A stretch of 64,000 bases of DNA from Octopus vulgaris (taxonomy: Eukaryota), in assembly GCA_951406725.2 (NCBI GenBank), contig OX597837.1, forward strand, positions 17,236,001 through 17,300,000, written 5' to 3'. The translations under genes and the position numbers were made by a program. The notes beneath the pieces were generated by a model that did no database searches, was not told the DNA's origin, and saw only the letters and a list, made by a program, of their open reading frames with translations. Every line of letters starts with the position of its first letter. The first letter of the stretch is position 1. Below are positions 54,012 to 64,000 of this stretch, one piece after another.

Positions 54012-55140
54012 GTTTCTTTATTAGCCACACAGGGCTGCACACAGACAGAACAAATTACAAGGTAGAGCTTTTCTTTTGGGGGTAAAAAAAAAGGGGGTTG
54101 GTTTTCGATCAAAAGGGATCGTAAAAGGAAAGAAAGAGGACAAAAAAGGGGAGGATTAAAAAAAAGGGGGGGGGGAGGAAAAAAAGAAAAGGGGAGAGGA
54201 AAAAAAAAGTTGATCAATAGGGATCGTAATCACAGAAATGTCAATATGAAGTGTAAAGGGGAGGACAGGTGAGGTTTACCCGTGGAAAGAAAAGCCTACG
54301 GAAAAGACCACGGTAACCTCGGTCAATGAAGTCACATTTTATATTTCTTTTTTTTTTTTTTTTTTTTGCAAATAAGCAACTCTCTATTAATTTTTACGGT
54401 TCATAGAATCATAGTCAAGGTGGCTTCGTCATTCATATGTGCCATCCTTGCTACATTCACCCATCTTTTTTTAAAACATTCACTAGACAAAACTTGCCTC
54501 TCTACTCTCACTTTCCTCTTCAAGTGATACTTGAAGAAGTTGATGAGAGATTGACCAGAGAGGAAAGTGTTTGTCTCTAATCCTTTCAGGCACGTCCACC
54601 AGATACATTCTTTCGCCATAGCCACAAGTATGATAAAAATAGCTCTTCCTTCCCGTTTGAAGGAAGGAGGCGTGACGATATTAACGATAGACTCGGCTGA
54701 TAAACCGACACGTCCCACATGTGACAGCAGTCGTTCGACATAAGCCCACAGGTCGGAAATTGCTGGACACTGCACGATTGCGTGCAGAGCGGTTTCGTCG
54801 CTCTGCCCACATCTCGGGCAGGTCGGCCCCGTGTTTCTCGAGCCATACCTATAGAGCTTATCCTGAACGGGTAGCGCTTCTCGGTAGCACCGCCAGGCCA
54901 GGGATCTCTGGAAGTTGTCCATAGGTCCTGGGCCGAAAGTCGTTTGAAACAGATGGGTCAGGTATTCCTCGTCGACGCCCAGGTTTGGCCCGAGATCGTC
55001 ATCGTATCTCCCCTCCACTAATCCCCTATAGAATGCTTTGGTTGTGTTGAAGTCACTCAAGGTCGACCCGGGATGGCAGAGTTGCTTGAGAGCAACGCGA
55101 CACTCGCGGTGCCATTCGCCCTTCCTCGGCCTCTTTTTGA
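54012..55140 (-). mobile_element. L1/Tx1-clade LINE 3' fragment
   Basis: zf-RVT-like LAWRCYREALPV..CPRCGQSDETALHAIVQC; T-rich 3' UTR ending ctaataaaga. Confidence 0.85.
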
Positions 55141-55299
55141 TCCATGACTGCAGTTAGATAGATAGATAGATAGGTAATACACAAGTTGGCAATGAGGACT
55201 GAAGGAGATTTTTTGCAAAATGAATCAGTTTGCTTAGTATATTGACCTTGCATCTTGTTTGAGCCAGTATCAATGAACAATTGGAAACCATGTCTGCAT

Positions 55300-56529
55300 G
55301 AGAGTATGTGGCTGAAAAGTTTGTAAGTTGACTAAGATATCCTCATAGAATATTACCAAATGAGATTATTTTTCAACCTAGTCCCCCTTCCAGTTCACAG
55401 ACTCCTTCCATTGGTATTGCAGTGTTTGGATCCGGTTGGTGAAGAAGCTTTCATCCTGTTGGTAAAAAAGATATGATGTCATCATTGCTAGGACACTGGT
55501 TCCCATCCAAGTGGTTTTTCATGTTGGGAAACAGATGATAGTCAGATGGGGTCAAATCAGGAGAATATGGAAGGTAAGCAACCAGTGCAAAGCAACAAAC
55601 ACAAACACCAGTCATTGAAACCAATGACTTGTGTGTTGGAGCATTGTCCTGATGAAACAAAACCCCTTTCCTGGGCATTTGTTCTTGACAGCCTTTTGTA
55701 ACTGCAAGTTGGCATAGTACTCTCCATTGATGGAGTGGTCCTTTTGAAGACAATCAATAAACACAATATTTATTGTATCCTAAAAATCTGAGGTTGTCAC
55801 CTTCCCTGCAAATAAAACAACCTTAGCCTTCATTGGAGCAGGTGAGAAAGGATGTTTCCACTGCATGTCTCTGGCTCATAGTGATGAAGCCAACACCCAT
55901 CCTGGGTTAGGAACTTCAAGGAAACCAACTGCATCTGTGTCACACAATGTTACATTTTGCCATCTGATCAACCTGGTGCACTTTTGATCAGGTGTCAGAA
56001 GATGTGGCACCCACTGAGCGAAATCCTATGACATTCCAAATTCATTGTGTAGAATATTCTCAACTCTCTAACGGGATATACTAAAGCATTGGCTATTTGA
56101 TTTATAGTCCATCACCTGTCATCCATCAGCATGTGGTGAACAATGTTTTCCTCAGTGGTGGCAGCTACAGGACATCTAAACATCTTTAAGACTCTCCCTT
56201 CCCCTTATAAAACCAGCTGCCCACTTTTGCAGTGTTGATAAAGCTGGAGCATCATCTCCTAATGTGGCAACTATGTCAGCATGAATAACCTTAGGAGCTA
56301 AACCTCTTTTCTGCAGGTATTTGATAACACCACGATGCCAAATTTTGTCTGAATTTTCAATAGAAGTTGCTAGTGTATACTTTTGAAGTCTTTGAACAGT
56401 CAGATATCAATTTACCTGGAAAGTAACAATGCTATTAAAAAGGAGAGTGAAATTAAGACATGCAAGATTTCACAGCTCTAGCATCACTCCTTCACAGTCA
56501 GCTTATGACTTTTCAGCCAACCCTTGTAT
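55300..56529 (-). mobile_element. Degenerate full-length mariner
   Basis: TIRs tggctgaaaagtt..aagttgac / gtcagcttatgacttttcagcca; LFHQDNAPTH, PYSPDLTPSDYHLFP. Confidence 0.9.
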
Positions 56530-57044
56530 ATTTAAATATAATTATTTCTATGTATACAATGGGTTAATGAACATACGTGTGTATATATGGATGCAGGCAA
56601 ATAAATCTCTTCCTCTGTGATTGCATCTTTTAATGACTCATTAAGCATCTGTGATGGGTACTAGGACAACTGAAATTAAGCTTTACAGGTGGACTGGCAA
56701 ACCACTTATATAATGGTATGACTACGTGTCCTTTGAAGAAAAGCATTTACATAAAAAGAGAGACATGCTTTTAGATTTGGTTGATTTATATTTATACTTT
56801 TTATTTTTATTTTCATTGACCAATTTTGGTCTATTTGCTTTGTAATTTATATTTTTGAGCTGTGTGAGAGTGAATACGTGATCTATTGTATTGCTTGCTC
56901 ACTTGGTTGTTTGTTGTTGGGCTGTTTTGATAGTCTAGTGGCTATGCCCTTTGTAAACAGCTTATAGAGGTGAAACAAGAGGCATATGGGGAATAGTTTT
57001 TAAATCTTCTTTATCACCTCGTTATGAAGCAGGATGGTCTTCCC

Positions 57045-57405
57045 ACTGTGTGGTAAGAAGTCTGCTTCCCAACCACATATTTCCAGATGCAGTGTGCCAC
57101 TGCAAAGCACTTTGGACAAGTATCTTCTACTATAGCCTCAGGTTGACTAAACACTTGTGAGTTGATTTGGTGAACAGAAACTGAAAGAAGCCTGTTGTTT
57201 GTGTATGCATACACACACACACACACATACACAGATATTATGTGTGTGTGTGTCTCTTTGGGTATATATTTTTCCCACCACTTGACAACTGGTGCAAATT
57301 TGTTTACAACCCCATAACTTAGCAGTTAGAGACTGATAGAATAAGTACCAGGCTTAAAGGAAAAGTACTGGTGTCAATTCATGAGACTAAAATTCTTCAA
57401 GGTGG
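57045..57405 (+). mobile_element. tRNA-derived SINE (octopus OK/OR-like), diverged
   Basis: Homologous to 32200-32610. Confidence 0.8.
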
Positions 57406-57419
57406 TATGTATGTATGCA

Positions 57420-57930
57420 TTGGGTTGTCTGGAAAGTTCGTGCTGATTTATAGTAGCTTACCTTTCAACTTATTTTAGAACATGGTTGAATCCATAAAAT
57501 GGGATTTGACTACACCTCCATTTGTGTTAATTCTGTAACCCTTTAAAATGGAAGATAAGAAAGTTCATTTTCGGCACTTGATGTTTTGGGAACCAAACAA
57601 AAACTGCTGCAGCTCGGCTGGGATGTATTACCCCACCCTCCATATTCACCAGATATTGCTCCTTCGGATTTCCACTTATTCAGATCTCTGCAGAATAGTC
57701 TTAATGGTAAAAATTTCGATTCCTTGGATGATGTAAAAAGATACCTTGATTAATTCTTTGCCATGAAAGCACCTCAGTTCTGAGAATAGGGTATTTTCAA
57801 GTTAAAGGAAAGATGGAGATGCATTGTGCAACAACATGGTTCATATTTGGTTGATTAAAAATGTAATGGCAGGTATTTATTGACCTTTTCCTTTCCTTTA
57901 AAAATCAAGACAAACTTTCCGGACAACCCA

Positions 57931-57931
<1 letters not shown>
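57420..57931 (+). mobile_element. Internally deleted mariner (MITE-like)
   Basis: TIRs ttgggttgtctggaaagtt / aactttccggacaacccaa-TA; MEDKKVHFRHLMFWE start fused to an HPPYSPDIAPSD region. Confidence 0.88.
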
Positions 57932-57961
<30 letters not shown>

Positions 57962-58544
57962 TGTATGTATGTATGTATGTATGTATGTATGTATGTATGT
58001 ATGTATGTGTCAGGTCACTTGTGAGGCTCTCATGAGTGCTATTGATAACATGGAACCCAGTAGAACCTGTTGCATGGTTGGGTTGTCAGCGACTAAACTG
58101 CTGACTAGACTGGTGAAAAGGGTTGCTGGGAACCCAGCAGAACTAAAAACAAGACCTGTTAAAAGGCTGGATGAACTTAGTGCAGGTTCAACAACTATCT
58201 AGCAATAGCATGGGCATAGAGAAATTCCAGGATGGTGTTCGGTGTGCTGGAAGACCACTTGTTGAAGCATGACTCTAGGAGAAAACTACTCTGATATAAA
58301 ACCAGATTTTGCTTATGCTTGAGATCATGGCACTCTCAAATCCCTGAGCCTGCAACTCAAATTGGTACCCAACATCTTGCCTTGGCTTGTCTCTGGATAA
58401 TGTCATTAGAGTGGAGAGGATCTATCAGGCCTTATTAGACCTAAAACTTTGCACAGGCATTGATGATATTTTCCCTTTACATGTGCATTGCTTCTCTTTT
58501 TATTTTTAGATCTATATTTATATATATTTTTATTCAGAAGTACT

Positions 58545-58900
58545 ATTATAGCTATCTTGGTTGAAAGAACAATACTGAAAGTGGCAGACAAGTTTGTCTA
58601 CCTGGGCAGCACACTCAACCGTTCTTGCTCCTTGGAACATGAAATATCTTTCAGGCTGTAGAACAACTGATTCCTTCTCATGAGTCTTGTGTCTGGTCCT
58701 AACATGGCATTACAAGGCAAACAAAAATTGCTATGTACTGTGTATGTGTACTGACATCACTCCTTTACTCATGTGAGACATGGACCCTTTACAAAAGTCA
58801 TGTAATGGTCCTTTAATGCTTCCATCAGAGATGTCTGAGACACATTCTGAATGTTGGCTGGACCTTAAAAACTCCAGATACACAAATCCTGAAGAAATCT
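58545..58900 (+). mobile_element. RTE/BovB-like LINE RT fragment
   Basis: LKVADKFVYLGSTL..; VLTSLLYSCETWTLY. Confidence 0.75.
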
Positions 58901-58920
58901 GATATATATATATATATATA

Positions 58921-59290
58921 ATAAATATTAGGGAATAAATCCAAACTTACAGGCAAAAATCAGATTTAGGATTGAATCCAATTTTATAGTAAAATATTAT
59001 ATTATATTAAATTAAATTTGCCACTCTTAGGCAAATCATACAATGAAAAACTTAAGCCAATACATAAAATTATTTAATTTATATTATTTAAATATATAAC
59101 AAAATTATTAAAAAAATATAATTAATATATCACTACGATCGTTTCATGACTGTTAATTTCTTTAAATTTTCGAGTTACAGTCATTCATCCGGTGGTTTAA
59201 ATATTTATCTTGGCGAGGTTATGTATTGGCTTAAGTTTTTCATTGTATGATTTGCCTAATAGTGGTTTTGTCTCTAATTTAATATAATAT
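58921..59290 (-). mobile_element. ORF-less PLE-type terminal element with a short inverted arm
   Basis: Near-identical to 60415-60722, then switches to the inverted arm at about 59219. Confidence 0.8.
59131..59194 (-). ncRNA. Hammerhead ribozyme motif (core CGGAUGA, U4G)
   Basis: Reverse complement cac-CGGATGA-atgactgt...acagtcat-GAAA-cgatcg-TA-gtg. Confidence 0.6.
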
Positions 59291-59859
59291 ATATATATAT
59301 ACACACACACATACACCCACACACATTCATACTCTGCTACCACCATTCATCCAACCCTTCCAGGGTTGTTTCTTCACTCTAATGGCCCTGTTTACTACAC
59401 TGTCCCACCACAGATTTGGTCTGTGGCACTCAGTAGGAACTTCCTGTTTTCTTGTAACTTGTCTACTTCTCATTAATTGCTTCAATAAGGACATCTCTAT
59501 ATCTCTAACAATTCAAAGAATCCTTAAGCTTCCAAATCCTTCTTTTCCAAACTGGTTTACTTCTTGGAATCCTTCCAGTTTGAAGTCACTAATGACTAAC
59601 CTACGCAGAGAGATACATTCTTAACCAGGAAGGTCTTTGCATTTATGAGCAATCACATACCTCGCTTTTTGGTGAGAATGTAGTCAATTAGTCAATCTGG
59701 CTAGTACGGGCACTAGATTGATAGATTATCAGGCGACTGGTTGGCTTCCTGAAGTTGGTGTTGCAGATCATTAGGTAATTTACTTCAGTGAATTCCAGTA
59801 GCCTTGTTCCCTTCACTGTTCCCCTTCCACCTGTTCCTTCCTACTTCTCCTTTCACATC

Positions 59860-60342
59860 CTTATAGTTGGAACTGTCAATGTGGACACATTGAAAGGTAG
59901 ATTAGATGAGATTGTTCAGATGCAGAACAGTAGTGTGTTGATGTGTGTTGCATTCAAGAAGTCAAATGGAAGGATGCATGGGCCAGGTTCCTCACAGGCA
60001 AAAAACGTAGGAATAAAATCTTCTGGGAAGGCAACAGTGATGGGATAAGTGGTGTGGGAATACTTCTAGCTGAAAAATGAGTAAATAAGGTGATTCAGGT
60101 AGTCAGAGTGTGTGATAGGGTACTTAAGCTGAGACTAGTTTTTCAAAGTAGTACAGTAACAATTATTTTTGCCTATGCCCCTCAACTGGGTCAGCCAAAT
60201 GACCAAAAGGATCAGTTTCATGATATTCTTTTACAGACAAATGACAAATGACAGTGATCTTATCTTCATGGCTGATGACTTCGATGGATATGTTGGGTAG
60301 CACTTGGGTGTCTTCTGCAGTGTACATGGTGGCCATGAAGTT

Positions 60343-60343
<1 letters not shown>
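59860..60343 (+). mobile_element. RTE LINE APE-endonuclease fragment
   Basis: VGTVNVDTLKGRLDEIV; GVGILLA; AYAPQ; DDFDGYVG. Confidence 0.8.
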
Positions 60344-60387
<44 letters not shown>

Positions 60388-60632
60388 GTATATATATATG
60401 TATATATATTTATTAATAATAAATATTGGGGAATAAATCCAAACTTACAGGCAAAAATCAGATTTAGGATTGAATCCAATTTTATAGTAAAATATTATAT
60501 TATATTAAATTAGAGATAAAACCACTATTAGGCAAATCATACAATGAAAAACTTAAGCCAATACATAAGATTATTTAATTTATATTATTTAAATATATAA
60601 CAAAATTATTAAAAAAAATATAATTAATATAA

Positions 60633-60696
60633 CACTACGATCGTTTCATGGCTGTTAATTTCTTTAAATTTTCGAGTTACAGTCATTCATCAGGTG
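60633..60696 (-). ncRNA. Hammerhead ribozyme (antisense arm)
   Basis: Reverse complement of 60762-60825. Confidence 0.78.
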
Positions 60697-60761
60697 GTTT
60701 AAATATTTAACTTGGCGAGGTTTAATCATTGATTAAACCTCGCCAAGTTAAATATTTAAAC

Positions 60762-60825
60762 CACCTGATGAATGACTGTAACTCGAAAATTTAAAGAAAT
60801 TAACAGCCATGAAACGATCGTAGTG
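60762..60825 (+). ncRNA. Type-I hammerhead ribozyme with canonical core
   Basis: cac-CTGATGA-atgactgt...acagccat-GAAA-cgatcg-TA-gtg. Confidence 0.8.
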
Positions 60826-60958
60826 TTATATTAATTATATTTTTTTAAATAATTTTGTTATATATTTAAATAATATAAATTAAATAATCTTATGTATTGG
60901 CTTAAGTTTTTCATTGTATGATTTGCCTAATAGTGGTTTTATCTCTAATTTAATATAA

Positions 60959-61049
<91 letters not shown>

Positions 61050-61257
61050 TGAAATGGATAAATGAATTATCTTGTTACGGATTATTCAAAATTTAACCGA
61101 TACCCGGGTAGCAAAAATCACAACAGAAAAAACACGGTTGAGGTTACAACCATGGGGTGTCGCAACCGTGCCTTAGCGTGGATAATTGAAGTTTTATATA
61201 TTAAGTGAAGGGAAGAAATGGAGCTGAACGAAGAATCTACAAAATTCCTTTTTATTA

Positions 61258-61342
61258 TTTTCTACATATGTTTCAAAGGCTGCAAATTTCCAAATTCGGA
61301 TTGAATAAGGAGACCATTTTGCAGCTTTCTCTTCAGGAAAAA
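61258..61342 (-). ncRNA. Hammerhead ribozyme with extended stem II
   Basis: Reverse complement tttc-CTGAAGA-gaaagctgcaaa...tttgcagccttt-GAAA-catat-GTA-gaaa. Confidence 0.7.
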
Positions 61343-62289
61343 CCAGGAATATAAATCTCCAAACAAATGCGCAGCAAGCTATTTGAACAAAACGCTCCCT
61401 AGGAGCCCATGGTAAGGCACAAGACTGTCTCTCAATGTGCGTTGACGTCAGGGTGGGTGAAGGCTGACGAAAAAGTCCGTTGGTCAAACTGCGGTTAAAT
61501 TTGGTAGGGGAAGAATTCCAGAAAACCAAAGAGAGTGAATATATTCTGTATAACTAATGTTAATGTTCGAATTGTTTTAAGAATGAAAGCTATCTTATTT
61601 GGGTGTGAGAAACTACTTACAAGTATGTGTGTGTGCGCCTGTGTATGTGTGGCAGTATGTTAGGAAGCAGCTAGAGGGAAAATATATTGCAGATATTGTA
61701 GGTCAAGCGGCAGATAAAAGCCTGTGTCTGTGTGTTCGTCTGTGGTCAGTTTATACACAGATGACTTGTCAAACAAGGGGAGTATAATCCCTGATATTGT
61801 TTCTAAATAAGTAGCAGATCATACGCTAAAAGGGGAGTAATTTCCCTTTACAAATTTAATTCAAAATTTTTTTCCAAATTTTTTCCAAAATTTTTTTCTT
61901 TTCTTAGGACATCAAGGTGTTAATTATCTTAGGCTTCAATTGTATGCAAGAAATGAGTGCCACCTCCAGTGGGAACATCTGAAAGAGTTTTGCAAAATCG
62001 CGTTAACCAGCTGCCCTCGGGCGAACGAAATGTGAAAAAGTTCAGAGTTGCAGAGATTACAGATTCTTTTGCCTCTATCAAACGGTGCAGACACCAATAA
62101 AATCGACCATTCCAGTCTAAATGCTGAATTCGCGTTCTTCAAACGCCAGATTAATTTACTCAGTCCGGTCGCGTGTTGTTTTCTAAAATCGCGAAATGTT
62201 GTGAAGTTTTGTGCCTTAACATGGGCTCCTAGGGAGCGCTTTGTTCGAATAGCTTGCTGTGCATTTGTTTGGAGATTTAAATTCCTGGT

Positions 62290-62373
62290 TTTTCCTGAAG
62301 AGAAAGCTGCAAAATGGTCTCCTTATTCAATCCGAATTTGGAAATTTGCAGCCTTTGAAACATGTGTAGAAAA
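62290..62373 (+). ncRNA. Hammerhead ribozyme with extended stem II
   Basis: ttttc-CTGAAGA-gaaagctgcaaa...tttgcagccttt-GAAA-catgt-GTA-gaaaa. Confidence 0.72.
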
Positions 62374-62422
62374 TAATAAAAAGGAATTTTGTAGAATCTT
62401 CGTTCAGCTCCATTTCTTCCCT

Positions 62423-62484
<62 letters not shown>

Positions 62485-62640
62485 CATACAGTGAGGTCCT
62501 TTCATCTTCCATATTCTAGAAAGACCACTTGCTAGAGAGGCCTTAAGCCAACAGGTTTTGGGATCTGATGATATGTCATAAAGTTAAGCCTTTTATGTAC
62601 ATGAAACCTAAGGTAATCCCGTAAACCAGCCTTATCTAAC

Positions 62641-64000
<1,360 letters not shown>

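Larger units (their letters stand above)
60415..60960. mobile_element. ORF-less near-perfect palindrome (arms 60498-60728 and 60730-60960) of PLE-type terminal sequence
   Basis: Centre aggtttaatca-t-tgattaaacct with a 1-nt spacer; one mismatch seen between the arms; (TA)n on both flanks. Confidence 0.88.
61045..62428 (-). mobile_element. 5'-truncated PLE with an inverted terminal copy (arms 61204-61411 and 62220-62427)
   Basis: GIY-YIG C-terminus LEWSILLVSAPFDRGKRICNLCNSE (61936-62142); terminal sequence shared with 12678-13290. Confidence 0.85.

Overview
Repeat-saturated eukaryotic DNA. The SINE families, (TA)n/(CA)n density and RTE LINEs suggest a coleoid cephalopod, probably Octopus; this is recognition, not a database result. 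One host gene is supported: a minus-strand SLC16 (monocarboxylate transporter family) gene with five phase-consistent coding exons (48067-48210, 30656-30968, 28415-28567, 26847-27139, 23566-23765) and a possible disrupted first exon near 53.1-53.4 kb. Most of the rest is transposon-derived: Penelope-like retroelements (PLEs) of several families, RTE and L1/Tx1 LINE pieces, mariner, hAT and Chapaev3 DNA transposons, one Gypsy LTR element and tRNA-derived SINEs. The most striking hidden layer is about a dozen minimal type-I hammerhead ribozyme motifs at PLE termini. They include a U3-A8 core variant, long-stem-II variants, two ORF-less palindromes with a ribozyme on each strand, and a tRNA-headed SINE with a hammerhead-like tail. 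Also notable are an 84-bp flanking duplication around the Gypsy element and a hAT element inserted 35 bp from a splice acceptor. All coordinates and structures were read by eye.
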